Assembly (NCBI GenBank): GCA_051652765.1
Contig: JBOFUV010000148.1
Coordinates: 1 to 64,000, forward strand
Direction of reading: 5' to 3'
Length of the DNA stretch: 64,000 bases
Origin: Microcoleaceae cyanobacterium
GTDB lineage: Bacteria; Cyanobacteriota; Cyanobacteriia; Cyanobacteriales; Microcoleaceae
In this document: positions 10,980 through 20,362 of the stretch, piece by piece
How positions within the stretch are numbered: position 1 is the first letter of the stretch
How the letters are laid out: each line of letters begins with the position of its first letter
Notes under the pieces: generated by a model
Told to the model about the DNA's origin: nothing
The model's database searches: none
The model's input: only the letters and a program-made list of their open reading frames with translations
Translations under genes and position numbers: made by a program

Positions 10980-11197
10980 GTCGATTGCCATCCCGGTTCC
11001 CACAGGGCACGATCTTTCAACTGTTTGGCGTTGAGCCAGAATCGCACATTTGGATCGCAGGATGCAACCAGTTCAGCGAATACCCAGCTTCCTTCATTTT
11101 TCCGATTTACCACTTGAAAATGTCGCCATCCCCAGGTTTTTTGGGTGGCCGTCCATTTTGATCCCACCAGATAGGGAAACTTTTGTTTTTTAGGCAT
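10952..11197 (-). CDS. TIGR02450 family Trp-rich protein
   Basis: KFPYLVGSKWTA...WRHFQVVNRK...LKDRALWEPGW; start placed at MPKKQK. Confidence 0.85.
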   Translation of the reverse strand: MPKKQKFPYLVGSKWTATQKTWGWRHFQVVNRKNEGSWVFAELVASCDPNVRFWLNAKQLKDRALWEPGWQSTQDLESLLP

Positions 11198-11220
11198 TTT
11201 CAACGTCCTCAAAAACGTCC

Positions 11221-12060
11221 TCAAACAATCTGCAATGCCGCCAATACCAGGGTTAAATCATCGTCCGTCCGTTCAGTCACCCGTGGGGACTTCAGGAAGG
11301 CAACTAACTGTGTTGTGGCCTCGTTTTCAGTCTGAACCTGGCGAACAAAGTCAAATAAGGGCGAGAAGAACGGCTGATGAGGGATACCCTCGGGCAGTTT
11401 GAGGGCTAATAGTTGCAGCCCATCAGAAAAAATCGCCAAGTGGGCAGGTTGCTGATGAAACACTTGAAACTGAGCCGTCTCTAGAGCATCTGGACAGGTT
11501 AAAAACGTCGTTTCATTTAGATGTTCTCCCTGGTGCGGCGTGGTCAAGGCCGTAATTTCTCCCTGTGGGTTGGCGACAACAACGGCCCCGTCCCCAATTT
11601 GGGCTGCAATTACCCCTGCTGGCGTTGCAACTGTGAGAATCAGGGTTGTGGCCAAGGCTCGCGATTCAACCCCTTGAGTCTCTGCTTCCCGTTCAACAGC
11701 GGTTCGGGCTGCGTTCACTGCGTTCATCAACAGTTCGAGCCAAAGGTCATCCAGAGCAACTGGGATGGGTTCAGTCTTCCCCTCAACCCTGGTTTCAACC
11801 ACAGCTTTACCCATTGTCTCTGCCAGAGTTGCAACCACGGTTTCCACCGCAGTTTTGACCGCAATCTGGGCTCCAAAGTCAGAGAGTTGGGCAGAACCTG
11901 CCCCATCTGCCACGGCAATCACTAAAACTCCGTCCTGAAGGGCCTGATACCCATGGGCATCTTGACAGGGAAGGCTCTGTTTTTCATGGCTTTTACCCGT
12001 AACTGATGCCGCAACAACTTGCCAGTGACTTTGCCCATCCGATTGAATCATGTGTTCCAT
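11221..12060 (-). CDS. PP2C-family phosphatase (YegK/PphC, TerY-associated)
   Basis: SVTGKSH, PCQD, VADGAGSA, QIGDG, SDGL, TDDDLTL. Confidence 0.9.
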   Translation of the reverse strand: MEHMIQSDGQSHWQVVAASVTGKSHEKQSLPCQDAHGYQALQDGVLVIAVADGAGSAQLSDFGAQIAVKTAVETVVATLAETMGKAVVETRVEGKTEPIPVALDDLWLELLMNAVNAARTAVEREAETQGVESRALATTLILTVATPAGVIAAQIGDGAVVVANPQGEITALTTPHQGEHLNETTFLTCPDALETAQFQVFHQQPAHLAIFSDGLQLLALKLPEGIPHQPFFSPLFDFVRQVQTENEATTQLVAFLKSPRVTERTDDDLTLVLAALQIV

Positions 12061-12064
12061 AGTC

Positions 12065-12727
12065 TTAGACTGCGCCCCAACCGGGCGGTGGCAGGGCCAC
12101 TTGTTCGTCCACTTTGGAGTGGGAAATCGTTTGCATACTGGCTGAGAGCCAGATAAACATTTCCCGAAAATCTAAGCCTTTGAGCTTCAGGGGGGTGCGC
12201 TGAACAATCAAACTCAAACGTTCCATATTTGCCCCTTCAACTCCCACGGCAAAGAACGCGACTTGCTTATTGACTTCCTCCTGTCGAATCCGCTGAGAGG
12301 CCGACTCTGCAATGCGTTCCGATTCTCCCTGGGGTTCTCCATCCGTAATCATAAACACCCAGGGACGATAGTAAACAATGCCATTGTTGCGATATTCTGT
12401 TTTGCGGGCGGCCACCAAATCCAGAGCTTGGTTAATCCCAGTCCCCATAAAGGTTTGGCCTTGAGCGGTTAACAGCGGCGGTTCAAACTGATCCGCTGTA
12501 ACAAAGTCCTGCAAAATTTTGACTTGATTGTCGAAGGAAACAATGGCAACTTCAACTCGTTTTTTGGCGAGTTCATCCCGACTCAAATCTTGTTGAAAGA
12601 TATTCAATCCTGCATTCAGGGCATCGATCGGAACCCCTTGCATTGAGGCGGAAGTGTCCAGCAACAGCACGCAGGGACAACGAGGTTCCGGGTTTTCAGC
12701 AAATTCGACAGCGTCCTCTAGTCTCAT
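12065..12727 (-). CDS. TerY/YegL-like vWA domain protein
   Basis: EFAENPEPRCPCVLLLDTSASM (MIDAS), YYRPWVFMITDGEP, FIWLSASM; start placed at MRLEDAV. Confidence 0.92.
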   Translation of the reverse strand: MRLEDAVEFAENPEPRCPCVLLLDTSASMQGVPIDALNAGLNIFQQDLSRDELAKKRVEVAIVSFDNQVKILQDFVTADQFEPPLLTAQGQTFMGTGINQALDLVAARKTEYRNNGIVYYRPWVFMITDGEPQGESERIAESASQRIRQEEVNKQVAFFAVGVEGANMERLSLIVQRTPLKLKGLDFREMFIWLSASMQTISHSKVDEQVALPPPGWGAV

Positions 12728-12840
12728 AGGTTCGACGATAACCGTGCTCTTATTAGAATACTCGCTGTGCAACCTATTCGCCTGTTTTTATCGCCATGGA
12801 GCCAAACCGCCTGTTTGAGTGCAAGCCTTTATGGGTCTTC

Positions 12841-13923
12841 TCACGGGGTTTCCTGAAGACGGTAAGGAGTTTCTTGGCCCAGCACCAAAGGATGGGTCAA
12901 GGCAGGAAACGCTGACCATTCCCACATTGACCCCCCATAGTTCTTGGCGTTAAAGCCTAAACTCACTAACACAGATGTGACCCAGGCTGAACGCACCCCG
13001 CCTGTACAGTAAGTAATGATTTCCATGTCGCGAGTGATCCCCTGTTGGGCAAGCTGTTGGAGAATCACCTCACGGGGCAAGAGCAGCCCAGTCTCATCCA
13101 ACCAATCTTTGAAATACAGGGGAATTGCTCCTGGAAGATGGCCCCCTCGAGATTCACCATAGGGGGTTTGACCGCTATATTCCCGAGGTTCGCGGGTATC
13201 CAGAATCACAAGATTGGGTCTTCCTAACTGTTGCCGCAACACTTCTCGCTGAATCTCCCAATCTGGGCGACGTTGAACAGTAAAGGGCTTTACAGGAGAC
13301 GACTGAGCGGGAACATTTGAGGTGTTCTCTGGCGGATCTTGTACCTGCTGAACGTGTCCCAACTTAGCCTGCCATAAGCCCTGACCACCGCCATCCACCC
13401 AAACGGCTTGGGAATGCCCCAAGGTGCGAAGCATCCAAACCATGCGTCCTTCTTCTCCCCAACCGTTTTTCCCATCCCCAATTACAATTACAGGCCGATT
13501 GGTCACAATGCCCAACTTCTGGAATTTTGCATTTAGAACATGATCCTCGTCCAACAGGTTTCCCCGCCAAGGGGTTTCAGAACGGGAAAATTCCTGCCAG
13601 GTCACGGGAATCGCCATGGGGATCGAGGGTTTGAGTCGCTTGTGGGAACGCACATCTAATACCATTGCGCCTTGTTGAACAAGGGTAACGGCTTGTTCAG
13701 CGCTAACGATCCAATTCTGCTCTAAGGTCTGGGGAGTAATCTGATCGGAACTCAAGTCAGGGCTAAATTTGGATTGAACCCCCTGAGAGCTAATCCCTTG
13801 AGAACTAACCCCCGGAGCCAGAACAAAATACCTGAGGGCGATCGCCACCATTACAGCCCCCAATCCGATCAGTCCCAAGAGCCAGTGGTGCTTGGAACGA
13901 CTGAGAAAAAACTCTTTCCACAT
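12841..13923 (-). CDS. membrane-anchored tandem rhodanese sulfurtransferase
   Basis: N-terminal TM; LDTREPREY, GGHLPGA, YCTGGVRS active loop, YGGSMWEWS. Confidence 0.88.
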   Translation of the reverse strand: MWKEFFLSRSKHHWLLGLIGLGAVMVAIALRYFVLAPGVSSQGISSQGVQSKFSPDLSSDQITPQTLEQNWIVSAEQAVTLVQQGAMVLDVRSHKRLKPSIPMAIPVTWQEFSRSETPWRGNLLDEDHVLNAKFQKLGIVTNRPVIVIGDGKNGWGEEGRMVWMLRTLGHSQAVWVDGGGQGLWQAKLGHVQQVQDPPENTSNVPAQSSPVKPFTVQRRPDWEIQREVLRQQLGRPNLVILDTREPREYSGQTPYGESRGGHLPGAIPLYFKDWLDETGLLLPREVILQQLAQQGITRDMEIITYCTGGVRSAWVTSVLVSLGFNAKNYGGSMWEWSAFPALTHPLVLGQETPYRLQETP

Positions 13924-14359
13924 GGGCCAAATCCTTAGGCTTGTAGGTTCATAACTTCTAAAGAAAAAACAAAGAGAATCAAGAGTAAAAATCGACTAAT
14001 GTCTTCAAAAATCAGTTTTAGGCATTGTGTTCCACTCGTGTTGACCTAGCCTCAAGGCTCTCAAATCTTTGCCTCATTGGGGTTTGAGTAAAGTTATACC
14101 GTTCAGGTCAGTTGAGCTTTAGTTCAGTCAACATTCCATAACGACTTAATCATGACTCTTAAACAAACAGGGTAAAATATTGCCCAGAGCTAGCTGTGTT
14201 TATTTTGACTCTTTCTGTCTTGTCAGTGAGTCGTCAGGGGAACTTAGGTCAGTCCTTCAAGCAGATTCCCAAAGACGTTTGATCTGACCGGGTTCTGGCT
14301 AGTCTAAAAGTAACCGAAACCCTATCCGAATTTAGGTTCAGGATTGATAAGGAGAGTTT

Positions 14360-16912
14360 ATGACCCAATCCTTCATTCCTTTGAATGAATGTCCGATTCA
14401 AATTGAGGACGACCGCACAGGGATGAGTGTTGAAACCCTGAAGCGGGCTTTTGCAGATAATTTGTTTTACTTGCAAGGGAAATATGAGTCCTTTGCGGCG
14501 GCTTATGATTACTATGCGGCTTTGGCCTATACAATGCGCGATCGCATTCTCAGTCGCTGGTTAGAAACAAGCAAAACCTACCTCGAGAAGAAGCCTAAAA
14601 TTGTCTGCTACCTCTCAGCCGAATTTTTGATGGGGCGACATCTGGGGAATAGCTTGATCAATCTCCACGCCTATGAACGAATTCGTCAAGCGGTTGAAGA
14701 ATCTGGCCTCAGCTTAGATGAGCTTTTAGAGCAAGAACCTGATCCTGGTCTAGGTAATGGAGGTTTAGGACGGTTAGCGGCCTGCTTCCTGGACTCTCTG
14801 GCAACCCTGGAAATCCCCGCCATTGGCTATGGCATTCGCTACGAATTTGGTATCTTTCACCAGATGATTAAGGGCGGTTGGCAAGCCGAAATCCCCGACA
14901 AATGGTTACGGTTTGGGAATCCTTGGGAAATTGCCCGCCCAGAGCAGGCCATTGAAGTCAAATACGGTGGCCATACCGAGGCTTACCACGATGACAAGGG
15001 CAATTATCGGGTGCGCTGGATTCCAGCCACAACAGTCATCGGGATTCCCTATGATACCCCGGTTCCAGGCTATGATACTAACACGGTCAACCCCTTGCGA
15101 CTGTGGCGAGCTGAAGCTAGTGATGACTTCAACTTCGAAGCCTTCAACGCTGGAAACTACGACGGTGCTGTCGCCGAAAAAATGCGATCTGAGACCATTT
15201 CCAAGGTACTCTATCCCAACGACAACACTCCCCAAGGCAAGCAACTTCGCCTAGAGCAACAATTCTTCTTCGTCTCCTGTTCGTTGCAAGACATCATCCG
15301 AACTCACTTGCTGCGGTACAAGAACTTACTCAACCTCCACGAAGGGGCCGCCATCCAACTCAATGATACTCACCCAGCGGTGGCGATCGCCGAGATGATG
15401 CGTCTCCTGTTGGATGTCCATGGAATTGACTGGAATACGGCATGGCTACTCACCCAAAATACCTTCGCTTACACCAACCACACCCTGATGCCAGAGGCCC
15501 TAGAAAAATGGCCAGTGAGTCTTTTTTCTAACACCTTGCCCCGTCACATGGAAATCATCTATGAGATCAACCGCCGCTTTATCGAAGATGTAAAGCTCTG
15601 GTATCCCAAGGATGATCAGTTAGTCGCGCGTCTGTCCCTGATTGAAGAAGGGCCAGAACAATATGTGCGAATGGCCAACTTGGCTTGTGTGGGAAGCCAT
15701 GCAATTAACGGAGTTGCCGCCCTTCACACCGAACTCTTGAAGCAAGACACCCTGAAAGAGTTCTACAAAATCTGGCCAGAGAAATTTGTCAATAAAACCA
15801 ACGGAGTCACCCCCCGACGGTGGATTTTGCTGAGCAATCCGAAGCTGGCAGACCTTTACAACGCTAAAATTGGTTCAGGTTGGCTCAAGGATCTAGATCA
15901 ACTCCGGAGTATTGAAGCCTATCTGGATGACCCAGAGTTTTGCGAACAGTGGCGACAAGTCAAACTGGACAACAAGCAGAGACTTGCTGATTACATTCGG
16001 CAGCACAATGGCATTTCCGTCGATCCCCACTCCCTGTTTGATATCCAGGTGAAGCGGATTCATGAATACAAGCGCCAACATCTCTGTCTGCTGAACATCA
16101 TTACCTGGTACAACCGCATCAAGGCGAACCCTGATATTGAGGTTGTGCCCCGGACATTCATTTTTGGTGGGAAAGCAGCCCCAGGGTACTTCATGGCTAA
16201 ATTGATCATTAAACTGGTCAATGCCGTTGCTGACGTGGTGAACTCCGATCCAGACGTTCGAGGCCGCCTGAAGGTGATCTTCTTGGCCAACTTCAATGCG
16301 TCCCTAGGTCAGAGAATCTATCCCTCCGCCGATCTGTCTGAACAGATTTCAACTGCGGGCAAGGAAGCCTCTGGAACAGGCAACATGAAATTTGCCATGA
16401 ATGGGGCCATGACCATTGGAACCTTGGACGGAGCCAATATTGAAATCCGAGAAGAAGCAGGGCCAGAAAACTTCTTCCTATTCGGCTTAACGGCTCAGGA
16501 AGTCTACGAAATGAAGGCCAAGGGCTATAACCCCAGGGACTACTACAACCAAAATCCTGAGTTAAAGGCAGTCATTGATCGGATTAATTCTGGCTATTTC
16601 TCCCACGGAGATCAAGAGCTGTTTAAACCGATGATCAACTCCTTAATGCACCAAGATCCGTACATGCTGTTTGCGGATTATCAAGCCTACGTTGAATGTC
16701 AAGAAAAAGTGAGTCATGCCTTCCAAGATCAAGCCCTCTGGACAAGAATGTCAATCTTGAATGCTGTTCGGATGGCAAAATTTTCGAGCGATCGCACCAT
16801 CAAGGAATACTGCGATGAGATCTGGCATGTCAAACCCGTTCAGATTGAAATGGATGAATACAGCCAAAAAGCAGCCTTTCTGAATGCCGATTCCCAGATT
16901 ATTGGTTCCTAG
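14360..16912 (+). CDS. glgP: glycogen/alpha-glucan phosphorylase
   Basis: GLGNGGLGRLAACF, QLNDTHP, KRIHEYKRQ, EASGTGNMKF. Confidence 0.98.
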   Translation: MTQSFIPLNECPIQIEDDRTGMSVETLKRAFADNLFYLQGKYESFAAAYDYYAALAYTMRDRILSRWLETSKTYLEKKPKIVCYLSAEFLMGRHLGNSLINLHAYERIRQAVEESGLSLDELLEQEPDPGLGNGGLGRLAACFLDSLATLEIPAIGYGIRYEFGIFHQMIKGGWQAEIPDKWLRFGNPWEIARPEQAIEVKYGGHTEAYHDDKGNYRVRWIPATTVIGIPYDTPVPGYDTNTVNPLRLWRAEASDDFNFEAFNAGNYDGAVAEKMRSETISKVLYPNDNTPQGKQLRLEQQFFFVSCSLQDIIRTHLLRYKNLLNLHEGAAIQLNDTHPAVAIAEMMRLLLDVHGIDWNTAWLLTQNTFAYTNHTLMPEALEKWPVSLFSNTLPRHMEIIYEINRRFIEDVKLWYPKDDQLVARLSLIEEGPEQYVRMANLACVGSHAINGVAALHTELLKQDTLKEFYKIWPEKFVNKTNGVTPRRWILLSNPKLADLYNAKIGSGWLKDLDQLRSIEAYLDDPEFCEQWRQVKLDNKQRLADYIRQHNGISVDPHSLFDIQVKRIHEYKRQHLCLLNIITWYNRIKANPDIEVVPRTFIFGGKAAPGYFMAKLIIKLVNAVADVVNSDPDVRGRLKVIFLANFNASLGQRIYPSADLSEQISTAGKEASGTGNMKFAMNGAMTIGTLDGANIEIREEAGPENFFLFGLTAQEVYEMKAKGYNPRDYYNQNPELKAVIDRINSGYFSHGDQELFKPMINSLMHQDPYMLFADYQAYVECQEKVSHAFQDQALWTRMSILNAVRMAKFSSDRTIKEYCDEIWHVKPVQIEMDEYSQKAAFLNADSQIIGS

Positions 16913-16955
16913 AAAAGATATTTGAGAACCGAATACTGCTCAGCGGAGATGCTTA

Positions 16956-17321
16956 CTAAAGCATCTCTTTTTTTCGAGTCATTTCGATTTGAATTTGACC
17001 CCCAAAATCAGGAATTGGAGGGGCGAGTTTAGTGAGTTGAACCTGAACCTGCTCTACGTGAGAACAGGACAATAATGCCTGAAGAATCTCTTGGGTTAAC
17101 CGTTCGATCAACGCAAACTTTCGGGTTTTGATAATCTCTTGAACCGTTGCAATCACCTGGCGATAATCCAACGTGTCAGCAATGGCATCCCGTTCTCCTG
17201 CTGCGGTCAAATCCAACCACAAAGTCACATCAACCTCAAACCATTGCCCTAAAACTTGCTCCTCAGGGAGGTAACCCGTGTAGCCGTAGCCGCGAATCCC
17301 TTGAATCTGAATTCTATCCAT
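16956..17321 (-). CDS. folB: dihydroneopterin aldolase
   Basis: GYTGYLPEEQVLGQWFEVD, TLDY, LIERL, KLAPPIP. Confidence 0.94.
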   Translation of the reverse strand: MDRIQIQGIRGYGYTGYLPEEQVLGQWFEVDVTLWLDLTAAGERDAIADTLDYRQVIATVQEIIKTRKFALIERLTQEILQALLSCSHVEQVQVQLTKLAPPIPDFGGQIQIEMTRKKEML

Positions 17322-17512
17322 TTGTTCGCTCCTTCAAGTTACACGCTCCTTCAAATTATGCTAGTGCCATTTCGGGTTCAGACGGTTTCTTTGGGGCAAT
17401 CCGGGAGAAAATAGGCTTTTCAGGCCGAAGGAATCATGATTTCAGCTTATCCCGAACTCACGTTATGTTAGAGTGAAAAAAATAAATGTTAAGTTCCTGT
17501 GAAAATTAGCTT

Positions 17513-18232
17513 GTGAACAATATTCGCACTGTTTCAGATACTAAGCGGGCGTTTTACAGTATTCATACCCGTCCAATTAACTCAGTCTACCGTCGCGTGA
17601 TTGAAGAACTGATGGTCGAAATGCACCTGCTCAAAGTCAATGTTGACTTTAGCTACGACCCAATTTATGCCCTTGGCGTTGTGACTGCTTTTGACCGTTT
17701 TATGCAAGGCTACTTACCTGAGCGTGACAAAGAGTCTATTTTTCAGGCTTTAATTAAAGGGCAGGAAGATGATCCTCAGAAGTATCGTACTGATGCAAAA
17801 CAAGTGTGTGAGCTTGTGCAGGGGACTTCGATCCAGAACTTCCTACAGTTGGCTGAACAAGCATCCCATGGAGCAGTAGACAGTCCCTTACAAAGTTACT
17901 TTCGCTCTATTGCTACTAATCCCAAGTTCAAATATAACCGTCCATTTGCGATTGGACTCTATACGTTAATAGAACAAACCGATGTAGAGATTCTGAATGA
18001 CAAAGATAATCGAGAACAAACCATTGAAACCTTAGCGTCGAGTTTGAACTTATCAAAAGATAAACTTTTGAAGGATCTAGACCTCTATCGCAGCAATCTT
18101 GAGAAAGTTGCTCAGGCTCGAACAATGATGGAAGAGTTGGCGCAAGCAGAACGTAAAAAGCAAGAACAGCGGGCAGCTAAGGCAGCCGAAGCCTCCAGTG
18201 AGACAACCCAACAATCACCTTCAGATTCTTAA
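17513..18232 (+). CDS. psb29: photosystem II biogenesis protein Psb29/THF1
   Basis: RTVSDTKRAF, RPINSVYRRV, YALGVVTAF, KDLDLYRSNLEK. Confidence 0.95.
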   Translation: MNNIRTVSDTKRAFYSIHTRPINSVYRRVIEELMVEMHLLKVNVDFSYDPIYALGVVTAFDRFMQGYLPERDKESIFQALIKGQEDDPQKYRTDAKQVCELVQGTSIQNFLQLAEQASHGAVDSPLQSYFRSIATNPKFKYNRPFAIGLYTLIEQTDVEILNDKDNREQTIETLASSLNLSKDKLLKDLDLYRSNLEKVAQARTMMEELAQAERKKQEQRAAKAAEASSETTQQSPSDS

Positions 18233-18292
18233 GCCACATCAGTTTTAATTGGGCTTAGAATAACAATTTGATGGGTCGGTCAACCTCCCTTA

Positions 18293-18317
18293 ATTTCCAG
18301 GCTTCTTGCCTGGAAAT
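18293..18317. terminator. hairpin between convergent psb29 and the ComFB gene
   Basis: atttccaggc-ttctt-gcctggaaat, a 10-bp perfect stem. Confidence 0.55.
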
Positions 18318-18365
18318 AGTACAACCCGGAAAGGTTCGTAACTCGGAATAAAGTATTAAAGAGAG

Positions 18366-18905
18366 TTAGAGTTCGTTGTTTTGCTCGTAGTCCTGGGCAT
18401 AAGTTTGCAGGAGAGAACTGACCTGATCTAAAACCGCTTTACCAGAGACTTGTCCCAATACCGTCTGATTCTGGGCCACTCGATCTAAATTCCGAGTAAT
18501 TGCCTCTTTCACTTGAGCTGAGATCAAGTCTTGTAGCTCCTCTCGGGCTTTAGCCCGTTGGTATTGAGCCCCTTCTTCTGTAGTTGCATAGAGAGGCGGA
18601 AGACGATTCAGGGCATAGGCCGCAATATCTCCCACATCGAGAGACTTATCGCTGTTATCCTCAATCTCAGCAACTCGGGCGATCGCCTCACTCAAAATCA
18701 ACTCTTCCATCACGTTAATAAACTGCTTCCGGGGAAGCACCACCACTTCACCAGTGAGCAATGCCCCCATCAGCCGATCCAGAGCCATGTACTCCTCAAT
18801 GGACAGCTCAGATGCTGTGTTACAAATGCGGCCAACCTCGGCCTCCATTGAAGGAGTAAGGTAGCCATCCTGTAACGCCTGTTCAACAATTTTCTCAATG
18901 CTCAT
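18366..18905 (-). CDS. ComFB-domain protein
   Basis: INVMEEL...DIAAYALNRLPPLYATTEEG signature; start placed at MSIEKIVEQ. Confidence 0.88.
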   Translation of the reverse strand: MSIEKIVEQALQDGYLTPSMEAEVGRICNTASELSIEEYMALDRLMGALLTGEVVVLPRKQFINVMEELILSEAIARVAEIEDNSDKSLDVGDIAAYALNRLPPLYATTEEGAQYQRAKAREELQDLISAQVKEAITRNLDRVAQNQTVLGQVSGKAVLDQVSSLLQTYAQDYEQNNEL

Positions 18906-19125
18906 AGCACTCCCGCGTTTAACAGCATCCTCTGAATAACTCATACTTCCCAAATCACCTGCAAAAATAACTCAGCAATGCGAATGCCGCATCCACCCTG
19001 ACTTCCCTTATAGTAAGAAAAAATTCTTATAAATCTACTCTTTTCAGTCCTTGGCTAAGAATACCATATCAAAAAGCTACCCATGATTCAGCAACTTGAA
19101 GACAGATTTGATCTGCCCCCCGTCA

Positions 19126-19995
19126 CTAATCAATGCCATTGTAACGCCAAGGAACTGGGTCAACAGATTGGCCATGAATATACAATCCCCAGTGCAAATG
19201 AGGCCCCGTAGAAATTCCTGTAGAGCCAACTCCACCAACAACTTGGCCCATCTGAACAAAATCCCCCTCTTGCACATTAATCCGACTCAGGTGAATCAAA
19301 ATACTGGTTACTCCCTGGCCATGATCAATCCCAACGGTATTGCCATGTAGCTCGAATCCCTGGGATTCACGTCCTACCAAGGCAACCCGCCCTGGGGCTG
19401 GTGCATAAACTGGAGAGCCTGTCCCCGCTGCATAATCGACCCCACGATGGTAGTAATCTTTGGCAAACTCTCCATTGTAATAGCGTCGGATGCCATAAAC
19501 CGTGCTCACTGAGCCATTACTAGGCCGTCCAAAAGCGCCATTCCAATATTTTTCTGGGGTCACTAGGGCTTTGAGGGCAGCCACTCGATCAAACTCGAAA
19601 TCAGTTCCCTGAATGTCATCCTTGCCGGGAGGGAGCCAAATAGACTGAGTCGGAAAATCGCGATCGCGCAACAGGATCGAAATCTGCTGGATTTCAGTCC
19701 CGTGCTTCACCTGGATTTGTTGAGTTCCCGGTGGATCTAGAGGAGTCGTGGGTAACAAGGCCCGAAACTGATTTGAGGCCATGGGAAACATCGGGTAGGT
19801 TTTGTCTCCCCTGATCACTGAGGGAGAAGAATCAGGGACAGAACTTGCAGTGAGAAGGACTGAAATCGTGTCGCCCAGTTGGGGCGATTGGGGGAGAACC
19901 TGAACCTGAAGGGCAAGTCCCGTCAGCGCCGACCCAATCAGTACCCCACTCACTGTTGCCATGAATAGACCTAACTGCTGCCAATTCCTGAACAT
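19126..19995 (-). CDS. M23 family metallopeptidase
   Basis: HRGVDY, IDHGQG, STGPHLHW. The longer ORF-track N-terminus is just a translated 12-bp tandem repeat, so the start is placed at MFRNWQQ. Confidence 0.9.
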   Translation of the reverse strand: MFRNWQQLGLFMATVSGVLIGSALTGLALQVQVLPQSPQLGDTISVLLTASSVPDSSPSVIRGDKTYPMFPMASNQFRALLPTTPLDPPGTQQIQVKHGTEIQQISILLRDRDFPTQSIWLPPGKDDIQGTDFEFDRVAALKALVTPEKYWNGAFGRPSNGSVSTVYGIRRYYNGEFAKDYYHRGVDYAAGTGSPVYAPAPGRVALVGRESQGFELHGNTVGIDHGQGVTSILIHLSRINVQEGDFVQMGQVVGGVGSTGISTGPHLHWGLYIHGQSVDPVPWRYNGID

Positions 19996-20026
19996 GAATC
20001 CTCTAGAGATTAAGGGAGCGATCAAA

Positions 20027-20074
20027 CTTAAAATCAATCTTAAAATCAATCTTAAAATCAATCTTAAATTTACT
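20027..20074. repeat. 12-bp tandem repeat (cttaaaatcaat x3 plus a degenerate copy)
   Basis: Read directly from the sequence. Confidence 0.85.
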
Positions 20075-20362
20075 CTTAAATGCAACTTCAGGCCCTCCAT
20101 CTTTAGTAAATTATTCTGAATGAAATCTGAATGAAAGTTGAGCGATTGATCCACCCAAACCCAAATTGTCCCCTAATTCTTCAAGTCTAAGGGATTGGAA
20201 GTCTAACTCCTCTCAGAATTGGGGCGCTATACTCGTCCTACCATTCAGCAACGCCCAGAATCTTTCAGCCATTCCCTCCGGGATTAGCCCCAATCCCAGT
20301 CTGAATTTACTATCCTATTAGAATGAGAAGCTCTTAACGTTTTGTAAAAAAGTGATGCCACT

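Noticed and set aside
19996..20154. Leu/Arg-rich N-terminal extension of the M23 peptidase
   Set aside because: It is the translation of a 12-bp DNA tandem repeat; the signal peptide begins at MFRNWQQ.
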